Source: Mobula hypostoma
Lineage: Eukaryota
Length of the DNA stretch: 64,000 nucleotides
Assembly: GCF_963921235.1 (NCBI RefSeq)
Contig: NC_086108.1
Location: 27,716,001 to 27,780,000, forward strand
Reading direction: 5' to 3'
Below are positions 12,531 to 25,145 of this stretch, one piece after another. Position numbers and translations under genes: made by a program. The first letter of the stretch is position 1. Every line of letters starts with the position of its first letter. Under the pieces are notes generated by a model. The model ran no database searches. It was not told the DNA's origin and saw only the letters and a program-made list of their open reading frames with translations.

Positions 12531-15500
12531 ATAAGACCATAAGAGCGTAAGATATAGGAGCAGAATTAGGCCATTTGGCCCATCAAGTATGCTGTGCCGC
12601 TTCATTATGCCTGATTGAATTTTCCTCTCAGCCCCAACCAATCTCCTGCGTTCTCCCCATATACCTTCATGCTCTGACCAATCAAGAATCTATCAAACGC
12701 TGCCTTGGCCTCTACAGTTGCCCGTGTCAAAGAATTCCGGTGATTTTGGGTAAACCACTCTCTGGCTAAAGAAATTCCTTCTCATCTCTGTTCAAAAAGG
12801 ACATCCCTCTGTTATGAGACTGTACCCTCTGGTCTTAGACTCTCCCACCATAGGGAACACCCTCTCTACATCCACTCTATCAAATCCTTTCACCAGTTGG
12901 TAGATTTCAATGAGGGCACCCCGCATTCTTCTGAAATCTAGTGAATACAAGCCCAGAGCCATCAAACACTCTTCCTATGACACACCATTCAATCCTGGAA
13001 TCATTTTAGTAAACCTCCATTGAACCTTTTCATGTTTCAGCACATCCTTTTTTAGATAAAAGCCCCAAACCCGCTCACAATACTCCAAGTGGAGTCTCAC
13101 CAGTGCTTTACAAAGTTTCAACATTATATCCTTGTTTTTATATGCTAGTCCTCTTGAAAGGAATGCTAACATTGCATTTGTTTTGCTCACCACAGATTCA
13201 ACCTACAAATTAACCTTCAGGGAATCCTGCACAAGGACAACCAAGGACTCCTCAGTTTTTTGTATTTTCTGTCCATTTAGAAAATAGTCAACACTTTCAT
13301 TTCTTCTACCAAAGTGCATGACCATACATTTCCTGACTTTGCATTCCATCTGCTATTTCTTTGCCTATTTTCCTAACCTGGCTATGTCCTTCTGTAGCCT
13401 CTCTACTACCTCTAAACTACCTGCCCCTCCACCTATCTTCATATCATCTGCAAACTTTACAACAAATTCACAATTCCATTATCCAAATCATTGACATATA
13501 ACATAAAGAGAATTGGTCCCAACACAGACCTCTATGAAAAATTGCTAGTCACCGGCAGCCAGTCAGAAAAGGCTCCCTTTATTCCCACTCTTTGCCTCCT
13601 ATCAATTATCCACTACTTTATCCATGCCAGTATCTTTTCTGTAATCCCATGGGCTCATAGCTTGCTAAACAGCACTATGTCTGGCACCTTGTCAAAGGCC
13701 TTCTGAAAATCCAATATACATCAGCCCATTCTCTTTTCATCTATCCTGCTTGTTACTTATTTAAAGAATTCCAACAGATTTGTCAAGCAAGATTTTCTCT
13801 TGAGGGAACCTTGCTGACTACAGCTTATTTTATCATGTGCCTCCAAGTACCCTGAGACCTCATCCTTAATAATCAACTCCAACAGCTTCCCAACCACTGA
13901 AGTCAGACTAACTGGCCTATAGTTTCCTTGCTTCTGCCTCTCAATCTTCTGGAATAGTGGAGTGACATTTGTGATTTTCCAGTCCTCTGGAACCATTCCA
14001 GAATCAAGTGAATCTTGAACGATCATTACTAATGCCTCCTTGATCTCTTCAGCCACCTCTTTCAGAAATCTGAAGTGCACGCCATCTGGTCCATGTAACA
14101 TATCTAACTTCAGAGATTCAGTTTCCCAAGAACCTTCTCTCTCATTATTGTAACTTCACACACTTTATGCCCCCTGACACATGGAACTTCCACCATATTG
14201 CTAGTGTCATCTGCTATTTCATTGTCCCCATTACTAACCCTCCAGCATCTTTTTCCAGTTGTCTGATATTCACTCTCACATCTCTTTTACACTTTATGTA
14301 TCTGAAGAAACTTTTGATATCTTCTTTAATATTATTGGCTAGCTTCTTTTGTATTCCATCTTCTTTATGGCTTTTTAGTTGCCTTCTGTTGGTCTTTAAA
14401 AGCATCCTAATCCTCTACCTTCTGAACATCTTTTGCTCTGTTATATGCCCTCTTTTTTGGTTTTATGTTGGCTTTGACTTATCTTGTTAGCCATGGTTGT
14501 GTCATCTTTCCTTTAGAACACTTCTTCTTTGGGATGTATATATCCTGTGCCTTCCGAATTGCTTCCAGAAACTCCAGCCATTGCTGCTCTGCCATCATCC
14601 CTGCCTGTGTTTGGCATGGTCCGGTCCGTGAAGTCCGTATTCCCCTTCACGGTCCATTCCATCGACCCTTGCTCCAGGTTTTCCTGTCTACCCTGTTTCT
14701 GTTCTTGTTGAGCTCTAATTGAGGCAGCTGATGCTCGTTGGGGCTGGCTGCATAAATACCTTCAGAGACCAGGGTGTGGCTGCAAGATTGTTCTTGTCCT
14801 TACTCCTTGTATCCCTTCCTCTGCCTTCTGTTTCCTCGCCTGAAGCCTTGCCTTGCCTTGCCTTGCCTTGTCTTGTCGCTAACTCTCACCTCACCTGAAG
14901 TTCTCATTTCACCTTGCATTGCCTGAAGCCTTGCCTGGTCTTGCTGGTAACTCTTGCCTCGTCTCGCCTGCAGTCTTGTCCTGGAGCCACCCCATACCTA
15001 GCTCCCTTCCTGTCCCTTGCTTCCGCCGGGTAAATCTGGCTGTCTTGCCATTACCCTGCGGTTGATTCTGTCCCTTCCTGTCTCTTGCCTCCCTCGGGTA
15101 AGCCAGGCCATCTTGCCGTTACCTATGGTTGGTTCTGTCCCTTCCTAACCCTTGCCTCCGTCGGGTAAGCCAGGACGTATTGCCGTTACCTGTGGTTGGA
15201 TCTGTCCCTTCCTAACCCTTGCCTCCGTCGCGTAAGCCAGACCGTCTGGCCGTTACTTACGGTTGGTTCTGTCCCTTCCTGTTCCTTGCCTACGTCGGAT
15301 GGAGTTCCATGCACTGCCCAGGAGTACTGCACCCTGCCCAGGAGGAACCAAGCCTCGCCTCTAGTCTCTAGCCTCAAGCTTAAAGACTCCAGCCTCCTGC
15401 CTCCTGCCAAGCCTCGCCTCTAGTCTCCAGTCTCAAGTCTGAAGACTTCAGCCTCCCGTCTCCTGCCAAGCCTCGCCTCAAGTCTCCAGCCTCTAGCCTC

Positions 15501-18500
15501 CTGCCAAGACTTGCCTCAAGTCTCCAGCCTCTAGCCTCCTGCCAAGCCTCGATTCAAGTCTCTAGCCTCTAGCCTCCTGCCAAGCTTCGCCTAAAGTCTC
15601 TAGCCTCTAGCCTCAAGCCTGAAGACACCAGTCTCCTGCTTCCTGCCAAGCCTTGTCCTTGACTAGTTCTGGGGTCCGAGCCAGAGGCAAGACCCAGGTA
15701 CAGGATCCTTGCCCAGTCTCTGGCTCGGAGTCCAAGCCCAGGCTCCTAGCTCTCTTGTCCAGTCCTGTTCTGGGTTCCTGGTTTTTCGTGTCCATGTCCT
15801 TGCCCCCACCCTGTATCCTAGTCCTGTCCCTAGTACTTCAGTGTCTGTGTCTTGCACTTGGGTCCGTTCCTAGCCACCGCCGTATGACAGAACAATACAG
15901 CCAACCATGGACTCAGCGACACAGACACTGTTGTTTTCCTCTTGCCACCCGGGGTTCCTTTCTGTTAGATACCCTCCCACCCGTCGGGGTCGTCCATAGT
16001 CTGGATACCCTGTTTGGTCACCAGGAGGCTCCCGTAGAGGGGGGGTACTGTCATGGTCCAGTCCGTGAAGTCCATATTCCGGTTCAGTCTGGTCCATCGA
16101 CCCTTGCTCCAGGTTTTCTTGTCTACCCTGTTTCTGTTCTTGTTGAGCTCTAATTGAGACAGCTGATTCTCATTGGGGCTGGCTGCATAAATACCTTCAG
16201 AGACCAGGGTGTGGCTGCTGGATTGTTCTTGTCCTTACTCCTTGTATCCCTTCCTCTGCCTTCTGATTCCTCGCCTGAAGTCTTGCCTTGTCTTGCCGGT
16301 AACTCTCGCCTTGCCTGAAGTTCTCATTTAGCCTTGCATTGCCTGAAGCCTTGCCTGGTCTTGCTGGTAACTCTCACCTCGTCTCGCATGCAGTCTTTTC
16401 CTGGAGCCACCCCATACCTAGCTCCCTTTCTGGCCCTTGCCTCCGCCAGGTAAGTCTGGCTGTCTTGCCATTACCCTACAGTTGATTCTGTCCCTTCCTG
16501 TTCCTAGCCTCCATCGGGTAAGCCAGGCCGTCTTGCCATTACCTGCGGTTGGTTCTGTCCCTTCCTGTTCCTCGCCTCCATCGGGTGGAGTTCCGCACCC
16601 TGCCCAGGAGAAGCCAAGTCTCACCTCTACTTTCTAGCCTCAAGCCTGAAGACTCCAGCCTGCTGCCTCCTGCCAAGCCTAGCCTCAAGTCTCCAACCTC
16701 CCGCCTCCTGCCAAGCCTTGCCTCAAGTCTCCAGCCTCAAACCTGAAGACTCCAGCCTCCTGCCAAGCCTTTCCTCTAATCTCCAGCCTCAAGCTTGAAG
16801 ATTCCAGCCTCATGCCTCCTGCCAAGCCCCACCTCAAGTCTCTAGCCTTAAGTCTGAAGATTCCAGCCTCCTGCATCCTGCCAAGCCTTGGCTCTAGTCT
16901 CTAGCTTCAAGCCTGAAGACTCCAGCCTCCTGCCTCCTGCCAAGCCTCGCCTCAAGTATCCATCCTCCTGCCTCCTGCCAAGCCTCGCCTCGTCTCCAGC
17001 CTCCTGCCTTCTGCCAAGTCTCGCCTCAAGTTTCTAGCCTCTAGCCTCCTGCCAAGCCTCACCTCAAGTCTCTAGCCCAAAGCCTGAAGGGTCCAGCCTC
17101 CTGCCTCCTGCCAAGCCTCGTCCTTGCCTAGTTCAGGGGTCCGAGCCAGAGGCAAGACCCAGGTACTGGGTCCTTGTCCAGTCTCTGGCTCAGAGTCCAA
17201 GCCCGGGCTCCTAGCTCTCTTGTCCAGTCCTGTTCTGGGTTCCCGGTTTTTAGTGTCCATGTCCTTGCCCCCACCCTGTATCCTAGTCCTGTCCCTAGTA
17301 CTTCAGTGTCTGTGTCTTGCACTTTGGTCGTTCCATGCTACCCCCTTATGATAGTGTTCTTTTCCAATCAATTCGGGCCAGCTCCTCTCTCATGCCTCTG
17401 TAATTCCCTTTACTCCAGAGTATTACTGATACATCTGACTTTAGCTTCTCCTTCTCAAATTTCAGGGTGAATTCGATCATAACTTTCCTTTCAGGGTTCT
17501 TCTACCTTAAACTCACTATCAATTCTTGCTCATTGCACAACACCCATTTCAGAATAGCTGATCCTCTAGTGGGCTCAACCATGAGCTGCTCAGAAACCCA
17601 TCTCATAGGCACTCTAGAAATTCTCCTTCCTGCAATCCAGCACCAAACTGATCTTCCCAATCTCCCTGCATATTGAAGTCCACCATGTTTTTGTAACACT
17701 GCCCTTTTGGCATGCATTTTCTATCTCCATTATAACTTGTGGGGCATATCCTTACTATTGTTTGGGGGTCTCATCAGGATCTATTTACCCTTGCAGTTCC
17801 TTAGCTCTATCCACAATGATTCAACACCTTCTGACCCTATGTCACCTCTTTCTAATGATTTGATTTCATTTTTACCAACAGAGCAACATCACCCCCTTTG
17901 CATTCCTGCCTATCCTTTCAATATAATGCCTACACTTGGACATTAAGCTCCTAGCTATAATCTTTCAGTCATGATTCAGTGATGTCTGCAACATGAAAGC
18001 TGCCAATCTGCAACTGTGCTGCTAGTTCATCTACCTTATTCCAGACACCGCGCGCATTCAATAGAACAACTTCTGTCCTGTATTCACCGTTTTCAATTTT
18101 GTCTGCATTTTACATTACAACTCATCCTGTTGACTGCAATTTTGCCTTATCAACAGCCTCTCCTCAGTACACATTGCTTCTGCTTGTAAACCAGCTACCA
18201 CATCCACAGCTCTGTATCCACCTTTCCTATGATACTTCTTGCATTAAAATTTAGGCAGCTCAGGACACTAGTCACACCATGCTCAACCTTTTAATTCCTA
18301 ACCATGTCTAAAGTCTTAAACTGTTCTGGCATTCTGCTTCCCATCCTTCCTGCAACTTGAGTTTAAACTCCACCATGCGGCATTAACAAACCCTTCCCCT
18401 AGGATATTAGTCCCCCTCCTTTTCAGGTACAAACCATCCCTTTGTACAGGTCCCTCCTTCCCTGAAAGAGAGCCCAATAATTCAAAAATATTTTGCCCTC

Positions 18501-19515
18501 CTTCCTACACCAACTCCTTAGTCACGTATTAAACTGTATAATCTTCCTAGTTCTGGCCTCACTAGCACATGGCATGGGCAACAATCCTGAGATCACAACT
18601 CTGGAGTTCCTGCTCTTTAACTTAGCACCTAACTCCCTGAAGTCCCTTTGCAGAAGCTTGTTGCTTGCCCTACACATGTCATTGATACTTACATGGACCA
18701 CAACTTCTGGTCATTCATCTTCCCAATTAAGAATGTTAAGGACTCGATTTAAGGCATTCCAGACCTTGGCACCTGGGAGGCAACATACCATCTGGGGATC
18801 CCGTTCTCACCCACAGTACCTTCTGTCTATTCCCCTAAATAACAAATCCCCCGTCACCATAATGTGCCTCTTCTCTCCCCTTTCCTTCTGAGCTACAGAA
18901 GAAGACAGTGCCAGAGACCCAACCACTGTAATTTTCCTCTGTTAGGTCATTCTCCCCCACTCCCCTGACAGAATCCAAAATGGTATACCTGTTGTTGAGT
19001 GGGATGGCCAGAGGTTTACTCTGCCCTGGCTCCTTAACCCCTTCCTGACTGTCACCCAGTTTCCTATGTCCTGCAACTTGGAAGTAACAACCTCTCTATA
19101 TGTTGAATCTATAACTCCCTCGGCCTCCCAAATGATCCGGAGTTCATCCAGTCACAACTCCAACTCCTTAATGAAGTTTGTTAGAAGCTGCAGCTGGATG
19201 CACTTCCTGCAGTTGTAGTCATCAGGGACACTGGATGTCTCCCTGCCTTCTCACATACCACAAGAAGAGCATTCTATCCTGCCTGTCATCCCTGCTGTCC
19301 TAGCTAAGTAGATATAAAGAAGAGAGTAGAAAAACTGCAACTTTTCTTTCCTATGCTTTTTTTGTCTGAAGCCTCTCTTCGCTGAAGCTTCGAAAAGCTG
19401 AAGCCTTATGATCACCACTCAATGTATACTCAGACCACTGTGCTTGCCCCTACCTTCCTTTAATTTGCTCTTGCTAAACAATCCCTAATGCTGATTGGTC
19501 GCTGGTCAAAGCGCA
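12531..19515 (-). mobile_element. Near full-length CR1 LINE, degraded, split by an LTR element
   Basis: 3' tandem tail ~12531; ALVRLHLEYC; GPDGVH...PEDWK...NYRPVSLTSVVGKLLE...KSCLTNLLEFF; VEPTRGSAIL; ORF1 and 5' UTR alignable to 1600-2800. Confidence 0.92.
14612..17353 (+). mobile_element. Non-autonomous two-LTR element (LTR 14612-15889, 159-bp internal, LTR 16049-17353), chromovirus-like
   Basis: Two ~1.3-kb direct repeats, 5-bp TSD GTGTT (14607-14611, 17354-17358), PPT AGAGGGGGGG then TAC before LTR2, TATA-like ATAAATA in both LTRs. Confidence 0.92.
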
Positions 19516-19576
19516 ATATCTGTGAGTCTTAAGCTTTTGTTAATATTGGTAAATATTTAGTAAACACAGCACCAAG

Positions 19577-19634
19577 CAAAAGTCAAAAATCTTTTAATGC
19601 ATATATATGCACCTAAGATTTTTGCACAGTACTG
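19577..19634. mobile_element. Degenerate second copy of the hairpin MITE
   Basis: Right arm CCTAAGATTTTTGCACAGTACTG-TA matches 12397-12422. Confidence 0.65.
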
Positions 19635-19949
19635 TATCTCCCTCATGTGCACATTCCAAATCATCCGTCACTGAAGTAAGGAAAGGACCAGCCTTACGTT
19701 AAAGGCCTTCCCCAACCAGCTCCCACCATCAATTGATAATGCAAAGTCCACAACTAAACCCTTGCCAACATGAATCATTATCTCAACGTTAAGTAAAGAC
19801 AGATATCAACAACAAAACATCAACATCAATAAAGTGTTCATCCAGCCACAGAAATGGCAGTGTTTCATATTCTGCGTTGTCACGTGAACAAGGTCACTGA
19901 AGAGAAGTAGCTGATGGAAATGAAGTGTTCTACTTATTAAACAAAATAA

Positions 19950-20500
19950 GACACAGCAGGCATCTTACTGAGAACTTTCAGAGGAAGAGGCCTGCTTGAT
20001 CCATCACTACATGACATTTTATATGCTAAAGATCAAAGGACAATTCTATGTTTACAACTATCAACAGTGCTTTCATTTGAATTACATATAACTACTACAG
20101 CTCCTTCTTCACATCATCACTACAGGCACACACATAAATTTTAAATCAGCATCGTCTGATCTTCCAATAAGTTGAGGCTCACAACTTTTAGGAACCCATT
20201 GTCCATGGCTGCATTTTAAATTTAATCTACAGTCCGTAATAAGATCTGAAGGTTAGTGGCTGAAGTTAGTTGCTGAGGTTATTTGCTATGTGTGCTAACC
20301 CCAAAACCACCCTAACATCCAGCACCAAGTTCAAGATGCACAAAGCAGTGGTGAACCCTGCCATTCTGTATGCATCAGTACTTCAAAGAACCAGCAGTCC
20401 GATCACCATAAGATATTCAAGCTCCACTGGCAGGATTGGTGAAGTAATATCTGCGTAGTCTCCCAGGTTAACATCCTAGCTCTGAACATGTTCAACCTGT
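19950..20500 (+). mobile_element. Old RTE-type LINE RT fragment
   Basis: HDILYAKD (resembles LFADD) and STKFKMHKAVVNPAILYAS (resembles TKLKVYRAVV..LLYG). Confidence 0.55.
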
Positions 20501-20899
20501 TTCTTGTGTAGGGCACATTGTACAAATACTTGATAATAAATCCTACAACCAAGGATCCTGCCCTGAGCTCCAATTGAGATGGTATTGGGTTTGCTGACCA
20601 TGAAGTTCCAAACTCAAACAAAGACCTATGCAAATAGCCACATGTACTCTCACTGAAGGGAGATAATACTGTAACCATGCAATCTTCAAAGACTAGTTTA
20701 TTTCCCTGTTTATTCTCTACAGTGAGTTTCAGCTGCCAATACCCACTGTTTGAGTGGTGAGTCCCCTCTTTATCAAGGAGAGGATACTTCCAGCTAACTT
20801 AGCAGTTTAAATACAGTTTATTTATTTTCAGTGATACACATTTAAGTCGAAACAGTATTGTTAATACACATGTAAAATTCACAGAAGATTTCTCCCTAG

Positions 20900-21165
20900 G
20901 GTGGTATTGTACCATAGTGGTTAGCACAAAGCTTTACAGTATCTGAACCTGGGTTCATTCCCTACTGCTGCCTGTAATGAGCTCGTACATTCTTCCGTGA
21001 CCATGTGGGCTTCCTCCCACAGCCCAAAGACATACCAATTGGTGGGTTCATTGGTAGTTGTAAATTGTCCTGTGATTAGGCTAGGGTTAAATCAAGAGTT
21101 GTTGGACGGTGAGGCTCAAAGGGTCAGAAGGACATGTTGCACACTGTATCTCAATAAATAGATAA
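20900..21165 (+). mobile_element. tRNA-derived SINE
   Basis: A-box-like tagtggttagc, B-box-like gggttcattccc, body shared with other copies in the window, (taaa)n tail. Confidence 0.8.
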
Positions 21166-21739
21166 AACATTTCTAAATTACAAACCATTCCTAAAACACA
21201 AAGGATTTCCAAAACACAGGTACAATTCCTATAAACTAAAATAATATACCAATAATGTAGACAAGCAAATCATCTGTTGCAGAAATAGAAGCCAGTCGAA
21301 TGGATTCCGGTCCACCTATCTTCCTATCATTCTTCTTGATGTTTTGCAACCACTCCTAATAAGTGTGAACAGCTCTCTACATTTACAGCCCTTTTTCTAC
21401 CAGTTAGGTGACTTCACATACCCTTTTAACACAAATGAGCTAAAAGAATTTTGTGACATAGATTTTAGCTTAATGTTCACAGTTATTGCTGTAAAGCTAA
21501 CTTCCTTGAAGACACAAACCTTCCAGCTATAAACACATCAGTTATTTAATATGCTAAGTGATATTATCCATCTGGTTCTGTAAGCTTCCTTGAACTAAGT
21601 AACTTAGAGTCAGTTTTTTTGTTTGAACCAAGTCAAATTAAACAACCCATTGTCTTATACTGCATCTCGAGCAGCAATAAACCAGGTGCAGTGAGCTTAA
21701 CTTCACCTCTCACAGAAAGAGTGCCTACTATCTATAGGC

Positions 21740-22230
21740 GCAAACACAAGGAAATCTGCAGATGCTGGAAAATCAAACAACACACACAAAATGCTGGTGG
21801 AATGCAGCAGGCCAGGCAGCATCTACAGGAAGAGGCACAGTTGACGTTTCGGGCCGAGACCCTTCGTCAGGATGAACTGAAAGAAGAGATAGTAAGAGAT
21901 TTGAAAGTGGGAGGGGGAGGGGGAGATCTGAAATGATAGGAGAAGACAGGAGGGGCAGGATGGAGCCAAAAGCTGGACAGGTGATTGGCAAAAGGGATAC
22001 AAGGCTGGAGAAGGGAGAGGATCATAGGACGGGAGGAGAGGAAAACCAAAGGAAGATGGAGAGCGGGCAAGGAGTTACAGTGAGAGGGACAGAGGGAGAA
22101 AAAAGAGAGAGAAAGAAAGGGGGAAAAAATAATTAATAAATAAAAATAAATAAATAAATAAATAAATAAGGGATGGGTTAAAAAGGGGAGGAGGGGCACT
22201 AACGGAATTTAGAGAAGTCAATATTCATGC
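21740..22230 (-). mobile_element. Inverted Penelope 3' repeat (pseudo-LTR) at the 5' end of the following element
   Basis: Reverse complement of ~24743-25145 and 9415-9865. Confidence 0.9.
21839..21874 (-). ncRNA. Hammerhead ribozyme motif, core intact, stem I weakened
   Basis: Minus strand CATC-CTGACGA-AGGGTCTCGGCCC-GAAA-CG-TC-AACT. Confidence 0.7.
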
Positions 22231-25145
22231 ATGAACTGCGGATTGCGGCCCCCGCCATCGATCTAGGCGGCTCCACCAACCTAATGCCAGACTTCAGCAC
22301 CTTCAGTGAGGGCTCCAACAACCATGGACACCTTCAAAGCGATTGCGCAACCACCAACTGCGACTCCAGCCTTGAACTCCAGGCCGGGTCTTCACATGCT
22401 GCTATTGTGACTCCCATCTCCCCTTCCTCCACCACCACTCTGCAACCCCGTCTGCCTCATATCCCATCGTCACCTCCTGGGCCCTCAGAGGCTCCATCTT
22501 CCTCTCACCCCAACCCTCCCCTCTCCACTGACACCACCAGCCTGCCTCCCCCTCTCACCCCTGATCCCACTTCTCATCCGTGCCGGGTCTTTACCATCCC
22601 CTCCGACTTTCAACTGTCTGAGGCAGAGTGCTCTGTCCTCAGTAAGGGCCTCACCTTTGTCCCCCTTCGCCCACACCTCAGCGAGTTCCACGTTCGCCAT
22701 GATGCTGAACTCTTCTTCCACCAGCTCCGTCCTCGAGCCTACTTCTTCGGCAAGAACTCTCCCACCCCCACCAAAGACCCCTTCTCCCATCTTCAACACT
22801 CCTCCTCTTCATGGACACCCTGCTGTGGTCTTCTGCCTGCTCTGGATCTTTTTATCGCTAACTACTGACGGGACATCAACCGTCTCAGCTTCAACACATC
22901 TTGTTCCAATTCCAACCCCACTCCTTCCAAACGCTCTGCTCTCCACTCCCTCCGCACCAATCGTAACCTTACTATAAAACCTGCCAATAAAGGGGGGGTG
23001 CTGTTGTAGTCTGGCGTACTGACCTCGGCCTTGCTGAGGTACAGCTACAGCTGATACCTCCTCTTATTTACCCCTCGCTCATGGCCCCACTAAGGAGCAC
23101 CAGGCCATTGTCTCCCACACCATCACCAATCTTATCCCCTCTGGGGATCTCCCATCCACTGCCACCAACCTTATAGTTCCCACACCTTGCACTTCCCATT
23201 TCTACCTCCTACCCAAGATCCACAAACCTGCCTGTCCAGGAAGACCCATTGTCTCAGCTTGCTCCTGCCCCACCAAACTCATTTCTACATACCTCGACAC
23301 TGTTTATCCCCAATCCCTTCCCACCTATGTTCGTGACACGTCTCACGCTCTGAATTTTTTCAATGATTTTAAGTTCCCTGGCTCCCACCACTTTATTTTC
23401 ACCATGGATATCCAGTCCCTATATACCTCCATCCCCCACCGGGAAGGTCTCAAAGCTCTCCACTTCTTTTTGGATTCCAGACCTAACCAGTTCCCCTCTA
23501 CCACCACTCTCCTCCGTCTAGCGGAATTAGTCCTTATTCTTAATATCTTAATAATGTCTCCTTTGGCTCCTCCCACTTCCTCCAAACTAAAGGTGTAGCT
23601 ATGGGCACCCGTATGGGTCCTAGCTATGCCTGCGGTTTTTTTGGCTTTGTGGAACAATCTATGTTCCAAGCCTATACTGGCATCTGTCCCCCGCTTTTCC
23701 TTCGCTACATCAACAACTGCATTGACGCTGCTTCCTGCACACATGCTGAGCTCGTAGACTTGATTAACTTTGCCTCCAACTTTCACCCTGCCCTCAAGTT
23801 TACCTGGTCCATTTCCGACACCTCCCTCCCCTTTCTAGATCTTTCTGTTTCTGTCTCTGGAGACAGCTTATCCACTGATGTCTACTGTAAGCCTACTGAC
23901 TCTCACAGCTATCTGGACTATTCCTCTTCCCACCCTGTCTCTTGCAAAAATGCCATTCCCTTCTCGCAATTCCTCCGTCTCCGCGGCATCTGCTCTCAGG
24001 ATGAGGCTTTTCATTCCAGGACGAGGGAGATGTCCTCCTTTTTTAAAGAATGGGGCTTCCCTTCCTCCACCAACAACTCTGCTCTCAAACGCATCTCTCC
24101 CATTTCACGCACATCTGCTCTCACTCCATCCTCCCGCCACCCCACTAGGAATAGGGTTCCCCTGGTCCTCACCTACCACCCCACCGGCTTTCGGGTCCAA
24201 CATATAATTCTCCGTAACTTCCGCCACCTCCAACAGGATACCACCACTAAGCACATCTTTCCCTCCCCCCCCCCCTTTCTGCTTTCTGCAGGGATCGCTC
24301 CCTACGCGATTCCCTTGTCCATTCGTCCCCCCCATTCCTTCCCACCGATCTCCCTCCCGGCACTTATCCTTGTAAGCAGAACAAGTGCTAACATGCCCTT
24401 ACACTTCCTCCCTTACCACTATTCAGGGCCACAGACAGTCCTTCCAGGTGAGGCGACACTTCACCTGTGAGATGGCTCATGTGATATACTGCGTCTGGTG
24501 CTCCCAGTGCGGCCTTCTATATATTGGCAAGACCCGATGCAGACTGGAAGAATGTTTCGCTGAACACCTACGCTCTGTCCGCCAGAGAAAGCAGGATCTC
24601 CTAGTGGCCACACATTTTAGTTCCACGTCCCACTCCCATTCTGATATGTCTATCCATGGCCTCCTCTACTGTCGAGATGAAGCCACACTCAGGTTGGAGG
24701 AACAACGCCTTATATTCCATCTGGGTAGCCTCCAACCTGATGGCATGAACATTGACTTCTCTAACTTCCGTTAATGCCCCTCCTCCCCTTCTTACCACAT
24801 CCCTTATTTATTTCTAATTATTTATTTTTCCCCTTTCTTTCTCTCTTTTTTCTCCCTCTGTGCCTCTCACTATAACTCCTAGCCTGTTCTCCATCTTCCT
24901 CCGGAACTCCTCTCCTCCCATCCCATGATCCTCTCCCTTCTCCAGCCTTGTATCCCTTTTTCCAATCAAATTTCCAGCTCTTGGCTCCGTCCCTCCCCCC
25001 CGCCTTCTCCTATCATTTCGGATCTCCCCCTCCCCCTCCCACTTTCAAATCTCTTACAATCTCTTCTTTCAGTTAATCCTGACGAAGGGTCGTGGCCTGA
25101 AACATCGACTTTACCTGTTCCTATAGATGCTGCCTGTCCTGTTGC
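22231..25145 (+). mobile_element. Penelope-like element, long copy with RT and GIY-YIG, disrupted
   Basis: SVLSKGLTF, KPANKGG, YLLPKIHK, MDIQSLYTSIP, MGTRMGPSYA, RYINN (degenerate YIDD), VIYCVWC...LYIGKT. Confidence 0.95.
25075..25110 (+). ncRNA. Hammerhead ribozyme motif, partly decayed
   Basis: AATC-CTGACGA-AGGGTCGTGGCCT-GAAA-CA-TC-GACT. Confidence 0.65.

Noticed and set aside
14800..17300. Pro/Ser/Leu-rich ORFs here and at 29441-30200 as genes
   Set aside because: They are chance frames through LTR tandem arrays.
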